The notes under the pieces: generated by a model
What the model saw: the letters and a program-made list of their open reading frames with translations, nothing else
Databases searched by the model: none
Told to the model about the DNA's origin: nothing
Program-made: the position numbers and the translations under genes
In this document: piece by piece, positions 1-12,585 of the stretch
Position numbering within the stretch: position 1 is the stretch's first letter
How the letters are laid out: the number at the start of each line of letters is the position of its first letter
Source: Haliotis rubra
Lineage: Eukaryota
Reading direction: 5' to 3'
Assembly (NCBI RefSeq): GCF_003918875.1
Contig: NW_025765903.1
Coordinates: forward strand, 186,001-250,000
DNA: 64,000 bases

Positions 1-1838
1 ACAGAAACACAGTCTAGTAAAATTTTCATCTCATAAATCAAACTAATTTAAATACAAAATTAATATCTAATGCCAAAGGTTCCGATCGATATGCTGCTCA
101 GACATTCTTGTACAATGAAAGGATTGCAGTTTACCAGGCCTTGGCATATTCCTTTCAGGCAAAAGCAAGGGTATTCAATGCCAGTGTCAAAAACACCATA
201 GCTATTTAATGACTGACAGCATTGTTGAACGTATGTCAAATTTAGAAACAATGTGAAACTTTCTGAAACAATCTCACAGCTATATAAGGGAAGCCTTTTG
301 TTTTTGCATTTACGTAACAGTGAATTAAACAATACAACAGTGAAGTGCAATATTACAGTGAAGTAATGGACAGAGTTTCCACTGTCTCCAGTAAATACTT
401 AATTTGGTTCTCTTAACTGACTGAAAAATATTACGCCGCCTAGGATTCCAGATAAACCTGGAGGCTGTGCCCGGTCACTGTGTCCTGTAAAATACCAATA
501 CTAAATTTTGTTCTGCTTAAAATGTTACCAAAATTAAAATAAAATCACTAAAATAATCCTCTAATAATAGAATCGGCCACTTGCGATTTTGTGTGAGATG
601 AGGTTTCTTTCTAAATTCATTATGCTATGTGCAATGTGACTGTTCAATTTGACAGTCATTCAGAAATGATTTATTTTGTACCTCTAAACATTACTATAAT
701 TACTTTAGTCATGGAAAATGACTGCTTAGAAAGAAAAAGAGAAAGCTGTAACAGGTGAATAAATTCCTTTATTCCATTTCATTGTCTTTTTTATCATATT
801 TTGTGACCTGCCGATTTTGTGCAGAACCGGTAAATCAGGAGGTCGCCAAAAAAAATACAGCAGAAACACTGAATGTAATCTACTTCTAATGTTAGTCAGC
901 AATATTATAGCTACAAAACACATAGACATTTTACTCAGGGGGGGTAATTTTATTTTAAAAAATTCTAAGAATGCAGCACAAGGAATCTCTACATTTTCAG
1001 AAAACTAAAGAAATCAAACGTGATATTTGAGATTACACTTTCTAAGGTGCAGATTCTAGTACTTTTTCTTGTTGACCCATCCGGGATTTAAACCAACACT
1101 CAGATTGTGGCCATGTACAGATGGGTACAGAAAGTACATGATCGAGGCAACCTGCTGTCAGACTTCCATTTACTGTGGAAGCTACAGTGGGTGAGTGGGA
1201 TACATTGCTGACTTTGTGTGCTGCCAGTTAGTCTCCTGACTTGACCTCTTTCTAACAGACATTGTGTGCGGAAAAAATCTAGATTTGTCAATATGGTCAG
1301 TGTGATGTAGTCAGTAGGCTTCACTGTGAAGACACCGGGGCCTGAGTGAGTGAGTGAGTTTGGTTTTACGCTGCTTCTAGCAATATTCCAGCAATATCAT
1401 GGCAGAGGACACCATGAATGGGCTTCACGCATGGTACCCATATGGGGAATCAGACGAGCGAATGCTTTAACCATTAGGCTACCCCACCGCCCCCACTGAG
1501 GCCTGAGGAAACTGTGATTACAGCCTGAGATCATTTCTAAATTTGAATCCACAAAGGCAGTAAGACCTTTTCAAACCTAGCTACCCTATGTGATCAAAAT
1601 TCTTCAGTAATACTTGTACCAGGAACGTCATGAATGATTTAAGAACAAAAATCTTGAAATGTGTAAAGGGAACTTATAACAGGTGACAGGGAGTATGTCA
1701 TGACATACCCACCAGCTTTGAGCAGTGGTGTAACGATTCATCAATAGTATCGACGTTTGCATCGTCAACTACGCGATACGAGTGCATCGATACATAACAC
1801 ATTGAGGCAATATATCAGGATATTTATATTGCCACAAG

Positions 1839-2088
1839 AGTGAATGAGTGAGTGTGTTTAGTTTTTATGCCGCACTCAGCAATATTCCAGCTATATGGCG
1901 GCGGACTGTAAATAATCGAGTCTGGACCAGACAGTCCAGTGATCAACATGAGCATCGATCTGCACAATTGGGAACTGATGACATGTGTCAACCAAGCCAG
2001 CAAGCCTGACCACCCGATCCCATAAGTTGCCTCTAACGGCAAGCATGGGTTACTGAAAGTTCATTCTAACCCCCAGACCTTCACGGGT
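1839..2088 (-). mobile_element. SINE-like retroposon family A (ACCCGTGAAG head, no tRNA head)
   Basis: About 250 bp, with an (ACTC)n-type tail and a TSD. Other copies: 8900-9124(-), 9135-9379(-), 10360-10515(+), 26507-26925(+), 31596-31762(+), 35535-35783(+), 36783-37029(-), 47165-47330(+), 53168-53409(+). Confidence 0.85.
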
Positions 2089-2100
2089 TATCGCCACAAG

Positions 2101-2268
2101 ACTGACTGACTGAGTTTGGTTTTACGCCGCTTTTAGCACTATTCCAGCAACATCACAGCGGGGGACACCAGAAATGGGCTTCACACATTGTGTCCATGTG
2201 GGGATTCGAAACCTGGGTCTTCGGCGGGACGAGCCAACGCTTTAACCATTAGGCTACCCCACCGCCCC
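2101..2268 (-). mobile_element. tRNA-derived SINE family B (about 170 bp)
   Basis: A box TAGCCTA(A/G)TGG, B box GGTTCGA(A/T)TCC, tRNA-Asp-like head and simple-repeat tail. Other copies at about 1345-1493, 4105-4267, 19187-19342, 30220-30380, 30950-31090, 37913-38075, 43704-43868, 49665-49832, 50437-50568, 54638-54798, 54875-55008, 57480-57740, 58973-59142. Confidence 0.88.
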
Positions 2269-5200
2269 TATCGCCACAAGAGATGATATATCCTGATACA
2301 ACTTAAATACTACTTAAAGTTGTGAGGAGCATTGCATTAGGTATAGGGAGGGAGTCACTTTGAAATCCTTTGAATTTTAAAAAACAAATTGAACCTTATA
2401 GGAATTTGTTTGTATCTGTTATCTTTGTTACATGAACAAGTTGGTGTATGAGTGAAAGAGTGTGAACATTTTTCAAACTCTGTGAACTGTAGAATACTTG
2501 TCTTCAAGTAATTGAAATATGTTTTAGTTGTTTGACAAATAACACCATTCATTAACAACTATGAACAATGTCTTAGCTTTGTTAAGAAACAGAACAAAGA
2601 GAAGATAAAATTTAGAAAGCAGGCTTAAGAGGGGTTTTTTCAGTGATTCTGAATTCTGTCATAAATTACACTGAATTGTTTGTGAAAGCATTGGTGCAGA
2701 AACACGACTTCCCAAGAGAAACTTCAGTTTCAAACTTATATATATTAGATCAAGGTATACTAAATATGTTTGACTGTACTTTCTTAAGCATTAAATGCTG
2801 AAACTTTATTAGATGTACAGCCGTTCTAGTGTGTGTGAATGCAAGACAAGTTCTGTATAACAAATAAGTTTCAGTCATCTTATCTATCATATATGTTCTC
2901 TTTTTAGATATTGAAAAGTATCGGGATACGTATTGAATCGCCACCATTGTCGTGATGATAATTGTCTCGCAGGTTCCTTGCCAATACTTTCATGAAATAT
3001 CGACTCGCCTCATTAAACTGGTATCGGGATATATTGTCTTGCCACTTAGGCCATGATACACAGCTCTAGCTTTGAGTCCATGTTGGATGAAAGTCAAATT
3101 ACAAAACACTATCTATTGTTACTGTTTTGGGAAGAGTTTAAGAAACTCAAGTCCAGAGTATCTTTCAACATGGAAACATTAAGTTAAGATTCTACATATT
3201 CATCTGCGACATATAATCACTGTGATTTGAAAATGTTTTGGTTGCCTGGCAACACATTTGATCTCAACTCACAAACATGAATATTTAATATTTGACATTC
3301 CTTCTGCTCCTACCTTGAGTATCAGTTACACCAGAGACAGTTTCCATGACAGCGAGAAGCAATAACAATCTATCCTCCTGTAGTCTCAAGCAGGTCACCA
3401 CCAAAATCTAAAATCAGCTTATCTAGCCATAGGTTGTAACCCACAAACAGGACAAATGTCCTCCATCTTGGAATGAAATGTGAATTTAAAAAAACACCAA
3501 ACAAACATTTTTCTTTAAAACAATTTGCAAATTGTATTTAAAATAATATCAAAAGTGTTAACAAAACTGTGCATTTGTGGCCATTAAGAGTCCATTATTA
3601 TCAAGATTATTACCAGTACTGAGACTCAGTTATTTACAGACCACCACAATATAGCTGGAATACTGCTGCGAATACCCCACTCAGACACATTATACTGAAC
3701 GACATGTTGCACCCATTAATGCCGGCCAGGCAGGGACCACAAGTACCAATTTTAACGTCCAGTGGTGATCCAGACTCAGCGACCTTCCCGACTGGTAAAC
3801 AACAAACAAACCAGTACTGCTATCATGATATATAGAGCTTCATTTGGAAATATGTTATGCGTATATTTGTTTGTTTGCTGTCGAACTCACATTACCACAA
3901 TGGATATTTACCTGTTTCTGTTTATTTTATTTGTTGACTCTGAAAATCGTTTCAGGGTCCAAGGCATGTTACCAGGACTGTGTGAATTTGGTTTAACATA
4001 AAATGACAACTGAATACAGTGCCAAAAATGACTGGGACCCATGAAAACAGGAATCAAAGGTTGACCTCTCTGACTTGCTTGCCATCTTGAGTAAGACACT
4101 GAGAATGAGTGAGAATGGTTTTATGCTGCTTTTAGCAATTTTCCAGCAATATCACGGCAGGAGACACCAAAAATGGGCTTCATGCATTCAGCCAATGTGG
4201 GGAATCGAACCTGGATCTTCAGCATGATGAGAGAACACTTTTAACCACTAGGCTACCCCACTGCCTCCCAGCATACTTTGAAGTACTGTCACATTAGTCT
4301 GTGATGAGATATGCATGATAAATAGATATTTCTATCCGACATAACAGCACCAATACTTACAATCCACTGGTCCAGGTAACATCTTGCCTGACAACGTCTC
4401 GCATATACCAGAAAATATGTGCAGCAAATGTGCTGGAGTAACATGTCATATAAAATGACTATTTGCATATTGCAGTAGGTTGGCGTGTGCTTCGTGGCAG
4501 GAAGTAACAACATGGAGTCAAAGGCATGCAGTATGTACAAGTTTGCTTTGTACATGTAGATACGTACAAGCATGAATATGCGCCAAGTCAACTGCTAGAG
4601 CTAATTGTGTTCTAGCCCCACAGCACCTAGCCTAACCCTCGCAAACCTCCTTCAGGGCACCTGACATGGATTAAGTCTTAAATAGAAGCTATAGTAATTA
4701 ATTCATGACATAGAGCTGCATAGTTCCATAGATTATCAAATGTGAAACAAACCGGTTTGCTGCCAGTATTGAACTGAATTAGAACAGATCAGACTTTATT
4801 TTTCTTACCAGCGGATCATTTTAACATAAATTCTGAATCATCCTGCTGTAATTTACTGGTCTCGGATATGGTGAATGGGAAGTTTAAGCTGTGATAAATG
4901 CATCCCTTTATAACCAATGCACAACTAGAAGTTTCTGTGTGAACAGTGTCAAACTTAGGGAACAGGGATCCATCTTAAGTGCCAAATTTAGTTGATTTAC
5001 ATTGTTAAGCAGGGCAGGAGCATCATCAAACAGCAATTTTAATCAGAAGTTTAAAAAAATCTTTGTTACAAGTCAATATGTTGATACTACTTACCCTTGA
5101 CCATTTTGAACTTTGCCCTGGATAAGACCAGAGACCATACAATGGTCTTTGATTAGACTAAAGAACTAGCTTCAAGCCAACCAGAATCATTTTCTGATCA

Positions 5201-5423
5201 TTTGAACTACTGCATGTTAACTGAGTTAGCTGGTTATGAGAAATGATATAATTTAATTATGCACAGGACATTATTTGCTGTATATGCGGCGTATAATCAC
5301 AAAAAAGATATATTCAGTATTCAGTCAATAATTTATAGAGATAAAAAAAAACACATACCAAAACATGTGACTTTCACTAACTGGCATTTTAGTGGGCGTG
5401 GCACCTTTCATAATTCTACTCAC

Positions 5424-5572
5424 CCAGAACAGCTTCATGGTCTCGGTGCTTGTTCCTCTCCCCATCAATCTCTTTCTCCCCCTCCCAGCGGGTCGTGAGG
5501 GGCGTGGGCCTCCTTTTCGGCAAACACCGTCAAGGCAAGGCACAGTGACAACACGCACACCAGACACTTCAT
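5424..5572 (-). CDS. First coding exon of a CREC-family EF-hand protein (reticulocalbin-2/calumenin-like); the rest of the gene probably lies left of the window
   Basis: Acceptor gtgacag precedes exon start 5581, ATG at 5572, donor G|gtgagt after 5424. Reads MKCLVCVLSLCLALTVFAEKEAHAPHDPLGG then, after removing one base of the 5-nt homopolymer at 5478-5482, EKEIDGERNKHRDHEAVL(G). This is a signal peptide plus a DHEAVLG motif matching the DH[DE]A[FL]LG N-terminal motif of calumenin/reticulocalbins. Probable non-coding exon upstream (donor gtaagt near 5678). Confidence 0.7.
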
Positions 5573-5739
5573 CTTGGCGATCTGTCACAATATCAAAACT
5601 TAATGTTAAATTTTGTGGTGAACATGCTTTGAACACAATCAAGAGAATAAATGCACCTTGAAACAAATGCAATACTTACAATGTAACCGACTAGTCAGTC
5701 TTCTGGAAACAATGCAGAATGCAACTTTCTCTCAACACC

Positions 5740-5860
5740 CGCTCGCTGCTCGCGTTTACAAACTCAAAGTAACCGGAAGTAGTTGCAGTAGCGAGTTGTC
5801 AATTTCTGATTGGCTTTCGATAGTGTTACTCCATGTCGTCTGAACTCCATGTCGCTTTGA
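5740..5860 (-). promoter_or_regulatory. Putative promoter of the CREC-family gene
   Basis: Local CpG enrichment, ETS-type CCGGAAGT near 5773 and CCAAT box (ATTGG on +) near 5809, just upstream of the inferred non-coding exon. Confidence 0.4.
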
Positions 5861-7250
5861 GCAGCCACATGTTCAACGTGTAAGAAGTCAAGTTGCCTGC
5901 TATAAATTGACTACCTATCATTTACATACTCTAGTACTTATGATTGTCATTTATCAACCCAAATCATAAAAAAACATCCACACAAATCAGAAATCATTAA
6001 CTGGCGTATATATCGATATGTATTGCAACATTCCACAAAAAAGCCAAACCTAAATCAGTCCCTTTAATATTTTACGTACTATGTTTGTAAATTGATACAT
6101 CCCTCCAATGAGTACAGTGAATAATAAGAAAAAATCACCTGTCACTGATATCATATATACATATAACCATGGAGATTTTGTATGTGAGCCGAATGTGGTA
6201 ATTTTAGTGAAAGCAGCTGTGGCCCTGTTAGAATACGATGTTGGTGTACGTATGAATGAAACAAATATCTTTGTGAAAATGTATATCATTATTTCTTGGA
6301 TTGTCCCGTTATAAATTACATAGAGAAACTTTGTTAGCTAACATTAGTGATATTTTACAAAATAGATATTTACAAGATATATGTCTTTAAATTATTTTAT
6401 ATGGCAATGCAGACCTCTCAACTGAAGAAAATCTGAATATCTTCAAACATGTCCATCATAACCTCAATCAAACTAAACGATTCCTCTGTTCATCCTAATC
6501 TGTTATATTCTCAAACTCAAGATCTCTCATGTATATGTTCACTGTATAATTGTTGTAAATATTGGGAGAGGGCGTCATTAAGTTGGATAGCTTGTGCCCA
6601 ATCCTTTTCTTCAATTAATAAAATATGTTTAAATCAATGAAACAAACATATCAGCAATGTGTCTTGCTATGATATGTCTGGTTATGTTCTAATCATAATC
6701 TAAACAATGGCCTGAATATTGTCCATGTTGTATCATGGTGCACCTAGCTAGGTAGATGACTTTTGTCACATAACTTTGTATGCAAGAGACGATCGTGTAA
6801 AAATGAATTAGCACGTATGGTTAATGCACCTATATATATTATTGTGGTATGGCATGATTTCACATTTGTTGGTATCAATTCAAGGTAGCTATAATCCATT
6901 GCAATAAATTCCAAAATACGGTGGCACAAAAGCATTTAAACATTCCATGCATGCAGAAGCGTGTATGAAGGTCTTGACAGAACCTATTCATGTTCTGTAC
7001 ATACACGTATAAAAGGCATACCACAGGACCGGCGTATCTATAGATCCATACACTCACAGTATCTACAACCGGCGATGGTTGATTCTGTAGGAATGTTAGC
7101 CATCAGCAACAAATAGCCACAATATGTTTTGGGCGTTCTACTTTTGCCCCCTACTTTAGTGTCCTACAACAAAACCGTTTATTGTTGAAACCTGTTTAAC
7201 CTCCTGATAATAAGTCTGTGGATTTTAGTGAATATTGAACGGGTAGAGCG

Positions 7251-7617
7251 TAGGGGTGGGTATTGCAGAGAATTTTCATATTGCGATATATTGCGATGCG
7301 AAAGCATGTATTGCGATATGTATTGCAATATATTGCATGAAGTATTTTTAAACAAAAAACTACTTATAATCGAGTTATTTCTTGATTTATAGAGCAAAAA
7401 CACAACAAAATCACTAGGCTTGATTAAGCTTTAATAACAACTTTTAATCATGATCAAATAAAAATATGAATAATATTTGGCACAAATGAAACAAGGACAT
7501 ATCCGAAGATTTCCGAGTGTTACGAAGTTTTCCGAATGCAAGTCAAAATACCGATACGTATCGATTTCATGTCTGAACCGGTAAATACCGGTAAACCGGT
7601 TATATTGCGCAGCCCTA
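7251..7617. mobile_element. hAT-type MITE
   Basis: Termini TAGGG...CCCTA with 8-bp TSD GTAGAGCG (7243-7250 and 7618-7625); internal ATTGCGAT repeats. Confidence 0.75.
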
Positions 7618-8899
7618 GTAGAGCGGCAGGGGATGGGTTCCTGGGTGGGATTGCAGAGTGCCTGGAGGTACCCATCTAGAATACACCCATTTACCAGCGT
7701 CGATCAGATTTAAGAACAATTACCAGTAATTTAACTTTCTGTTAATAGTTCTGTTGGTTTTAGAGAATATTGAACGGGCAGAGGCGGGGTGGGGGTGGGT
7801 GGGGGGGTGTTTTCCCCAGGGAGAGGTTGCCGGTTATCCATCTAGAATACATCCATCAGCTCATGTCAGATTTAAGAACAATTACTTAAACCACGAACGA
7901 TAATGACAAAACCATATGTGTGTACCATGCGTAACTATAAACGCTCGTGTTGTGTTGGTTATTTTTGCCAAGTAAGCAGTTTCAGTTCTGAAAATACATT
8001 GATTCACTGGCGTAGTTGTTGTTTTATTAATTAACTGAAAACGGTTCGTGTTTCAGTTCTCGAATGTATGACTCCAAAACGGATCAAGATGTCCTTGAAA
8101 CAGGTTTTTTGCATCTAAAAATTCATTTGAGAAATTGAAACGCTCAGTAGCAACATAGCAATATATCTTTCAGTCTGTGGTAAGGATCTGTCCGAATTGA
8201 TGAGCGAGGGTTTCACCAGAAACCATATACTGTCATGATATTATATGTAGTCTCTGGTTTCACAGTTTGTTCGTTATGATAGCGTCACTGATCAGATGAA
8301 TATTTTAGAAGGTTTAAGCTATGTCGTACAGGGCTATCCTTTATGCAGATATATGGTATAGCTTCCCGTGGAAAAGGTCAAAGACGAGTGCCAGTTGGCT
8401 ATGACCTGAGAGACATTTTGATAACAATGGTGACAAGTCAATGTTTTGTTTTATTTTCGTTTAACACCACATGTACGTCGACCTGTCGTAAAACAGCGTA
8501 AAACTAACTCACCAGGCGAGTAGCAAGCCAGTTTTTCGTGTAAGCCTGACAGGTTGCAAAACTTTATATTAGATAGTATTGAGGACTTGCCCAACCTTTT
8601 TACCAACAATCATGTGTAAGCCCGGGCTCTTTTTATAATGGTAGCTCACTTGATCTGTTGCATTTACATCTTTGTATTCGACGCTGTGTTAGGCAGTTGC
8701 TGTGGTTTAGAATCGTATTATCTACAGTAGCAAATGGCACGCAGAGGAGGACGGGTGGTGACGACCCTAACCCGCGCTCGGTCCTCAGTGCGGTCATGAC
8801 GTATTCATGATTTCTTGTTGAACGCCATACTCAGCAATATTCTCGTTACATGACCGTAATCAGTACATAATCCAGTCTTATAGATCAGACAGTCCAGTG

Positions 8900-9379
8900 T
8901 CGGTTGGTTTCAGTTGGTTTCTTGTTTAACACCGCACTCAGCAATATTCCAGCTATGTGGCGGCGATCTGTAAATAATCGAGTCTGGACCAGACATTCTA
9001 GTGATCAACAGTTACTGTATGAGCATCGATCTACGCAGCGAGCCTGACCACCCGATCCCGTTTGCCGCCTCTTACGGCAAGCACAGGTTACTGAAGATCA
9101 ATTCTAACCCTGATCTTCACGGGTCCGTGATGGAGTGAGTGATTGAGTTTAGTTTTACACTGCACTCAGCAATATTCCAGCTATATGGCGGCGGTCTGTA
9201 AATAATCGAGTCTGGACCAGACGATCCAGTGATCAACATGATGAGCATCGATCTGAGCAATTGGGAACCGATGACATGTGTCAACCAAGCCAGCGAGCCT
9301 GACCACCCGATTCCGTTAGTCGCCTCTTACGACAAGCATGGGTTACTGAAGATCAATTCTAACCCTGATCTTCACGGGT
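8900..9379 (-). mobile_element. Two tandem copies of SINE-like family A, with flanking degenerate fragments
   Basis: Both end on the + strand in GATCTTCACGGGT (9124 and 9379), each followed by CCGTGAT. Confidence 0.85.
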
Positions 9380-9717
9380 CCGTGATAGAAGACATGAGCA
9401 TCAACATACACAAACATAATGGCACATACACAAATATAATGGGATACAGTGATAAGCATCTGATATACCAAGTCAGCGAATGTGATCAACCGTTCCCGTT
9501 CGTCGCCTTATAAGCCAAACAGTGGTTGCTTAAGATCGGTTCTAACCCACATTTCAACGGGTGAACAGTCAATGCAACCACCAGTGCTGATATATTGATG
9601 CGTTATTGACTAAGGGCAAAAACGGTAACTTGAAAATTGGATTTGACCCCCAAATTGCAAGCATTGTCAAAACGTAAAAGGCTGACTAACAGTCGTCTAA
9701 ACACTATGGACAGACTT

Positions 9718-10152
9718 ATAGTGCGTCAACTCAACTTTTGGCACCCTGTTTTGCACAATTTACATAAAACTCCTGAATATTTTAAAACACTGCTCTGTTC
9801 ATATGGTAATTTTATACCGTGACCTAACAAGATATCGATTTTAGTAATTATAAAACGATTATTAAAGATTTTGCCTTTAAACCTGTCATATAATAATTGT
9901 AAAAATGTACACCATGTTGTTGGCTGTTCCATCGTATCATTTTACTCCCTTGTATAACTACTTCTATTTTTCATATTTTTATAAGATGGCTTCTTAAGAA
10001 GAAGCTTTAACAATTGACATAAAATTATGAAATTTAAACCTTGGATAGGTCATAAGATATAAAGAGCGTATGCACAAAACATTTGAAGGCATTTTTTGGT
10101 TAAAAGGTAATTTGTGAAAAACAGGGTGCCAAAAGTTCAGTTGACGGACTAT
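9718..10152. mobile_element. MITE with about 45-bp terminal inverted repeats
   Basis: ATAGTGCGTCAACTCAACTTTTGGCACCCTGTTTTGCACAATTTA ... TAATTTGTGAAAAACAGGGTGCCAAAAGTTCAGTTGACGGACTAT. Confidence 0.8.
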
Positions 10153-11042
10153 AAGTCCAAACTAGAGCTATGATAGGTTTGAAGTACATCCCAATATGAT
10201 TGTTACTTATTTAGCCGCCATAAAATACGTACTTTGTTTGCTCGTGGGAGTATTGAACCTGCATTATGTACAAAAACATTTTGGCTGGCTCGGCTCATCA
10301 CTTTGTAGGAGTGGACGGGGTCTCCAAAATGAGTCCAATCTAAAGGTTGAACATCTTTCCTGCTGAAGATCCGGGTTAGAATTTGTCTTCAGCAACCCAT
10401 GCTTGTCGTAAGACGCAACTAACGGGATCGGGTGGTCAGGATCGCTGACTTGCTTGACACTGGTCATCGTATCCCATTTGTGTAGATCGATGCTCATGTA
10501 TTGATCACTGGATTATTAGACATTAGATCACCAGTTACATCGTGATCATGGTCTGTGAATAGAGTATCTCACATTTGTTGTATTTTCTTGGAGGGAGTAT
10601 TGTAAAATCTATGGAAGAGGTGCATTTTGTTTATTTCCAGATTGCACACTAAGTTTCGAAATACTACGTTTATCTTTGCATTGTAAGAATCGATGCTATC
10701 TCTTGGTAAGGGTAAACAAGATGCGCGTCTTCTGATAACGCTGCTTGTGTTACGTCATGCACACGCCCTGGGGGAGGGTCGTAGAAATATAATACGTATA
10801 CATGTATTTTGGCAGGGTCATGAAAACGTTAAACAATATTCGATATTATTCTATTATTTCGATAGTTTGAAATTTCGCGGAGGTTCATACCCAAATGTAC
10901 AAGGACATGGGTTTATTAAACCTGTTACTGACAAGCGTTAATGTGGGGTCAATACAGTACAATAGAGCATTATCACACAAAACAACTCAAGCTCCTTCTG
11001 ACTGATGCAGTGACCGGCTCCGTAGTCTAAAACTGATAAGGA

Positions 11043-11622
11043 TACCACCAGTACCACCACAGTACCACCACAATACCGCCACTGTACCACCACAATACCA
11101 CCAGTACCATTACTGTATCATCAACTGTACCACCACTGTACCACCATAATACCACAATACCACCACTGTACCACCACAGTACCACCACTGTACCACCACA
11201 ATACCACCAGTACCACCACTGTACCACCACAGTACCACCACTGTACCACCACAATACCACCAGTACCATTGCTGTATCATCACAGCAACACCACCGGACC
11301 ACTACTGTACCACCATAATACCACAGTACCACCACTGTACCATCACAGTACCACCAATAGCACCACTGTACCACCACAGCATCACCAGTACCACCACTGT
11401 ACCACCACTGTACCACTACAGTACCACCAGTATCAACACGGTACCACCACTGTACCACCAGTACCAACACTCTACCACCAGTATCAACACGGTACCACCA
11501 CTGTACCACCACAGTACCACCAGTATCAACACGGTACCACCACTGTACCACCAGTACCACCACTGTACCACCAGTATCAACACGGTACCATCACTGTACC
11601 ACCACAGTACCACCAGTACCAC
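11043..11622. repeat. Degenerate short-period minisatellite (GTACCACCACT / ACC-rich)
   Basis: Directly visible tandem units of 9-11 bp with a longer CAGTATCAACACGGTACC variant; source of spurious ORFs. Confidence 0.95.
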
Positions 11623-12047
11623 CCCTCAAACGATTGGTTCACATGAGAGAATGAACATCGTGAACAAGCGACGTAAAACAGCATTCTGTCTCTAACAAAC
11701 CCCCACAATACATTCCTTTGGTTTAAAGGTTGGCCCCGAACTGCTATCTACATCTACATACTTGTCCGCCACGACGGTCGGTGACACGGAGGTCGCTGTA
11801 GTGGGGTCGCAGTGCGGGTCTACTCAACATGACCTTTAGCGTCTGGATCCTGAAGTCTGATCACGTGACTAGCACTATCCGTATGCCCTAGTACCTTATA
11901 TAACGCGATGTCTGTCACTCTCTGAGTATAGCAAATGCACTTGTATGTATACTACGTACTGTAGTTTGTCATGGGCATTGATATGTGCATGCCACGTGTT
12001 GTTGTCTGGGCTTATGATCACGTGCCTTTGTATACGGTAGTATATTC

Positions 12048-12395
12048 CATAGTCTGTTTGCAGTGAAAACGTACCGATGAATTTCACTTTAAACAAAAAA
12101 GTAAATCAAGTTAAGTGAAATTAAGATTGCCAATCCTCATAATTCTACCTTGCCAAATGAACATTTAAATCTCAGAATTTTTTTCAACTTAGGATAAAAG
12201 TTGTTTAACAAACGATCATAATTTCAAATCGCTATTATTGGTTTGTATTACAAGGGGATGAGCGCAGTAGATGGAACAGGCGGTGCGTGATGAGCGTTAA
12301 CTTAAACCAACACACTTATTCTCGATGTTTCATTTAAAGTGCATACCTCCTTGTAATACAAATTCATCGGTACGTTTTCACTGCAAACAGACTAT
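12048..12395. mobile_element. MITE with about 35-bp terminal inverted repeats
   Basis: ATAGTCTGTTTGCAGTGAAAACGTACCGATGAATTT ... AAATTCATCGGTACGTTTTCACTGCAAACAGACTAT. Confidence 0.8.
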
Positions 12396-12585
12396 ATACA
12401 CGTATTTCTATTGTTTGTTTGTTGTTTAATGCTGCACAGAGCAATATCCCATTAATGGCGGCGGTCTGTAAATAATCGAGAATCGAGAATGTGGAGAATC
12501 GAACCTTGGTCTTCGGCGTGACGAGCAAACGCTTCAACCACTACGTTACCTCGACCTATGGGGACAACGCAGATGTAAGAACTAT

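Larger units (their letters stand above)
1723..3068. mobile_element. hAT-type non-autonomous DNA element containing two nested SINEs
   Basis: 8-bp TSD GCTTTGAG at 1715-1722 and 3069-3076; degenerate termini CAGTGGTGTAACGAT...ATGATACACAGCTCTA; subterminal CGATA-type motifs. Confidence 0.65.

Noticed and set aside
5325-5672. 115-aa ORF from the track
   Set aside because: It overlaps the CREC exon in another frame; the signal-peptide and DHEAVLG reading is far more convincing.
11027-11646. Trp/Val-rich and His/Thr-rich ORFs
   Set aside because: Translations of an ACC-based minisatellite.
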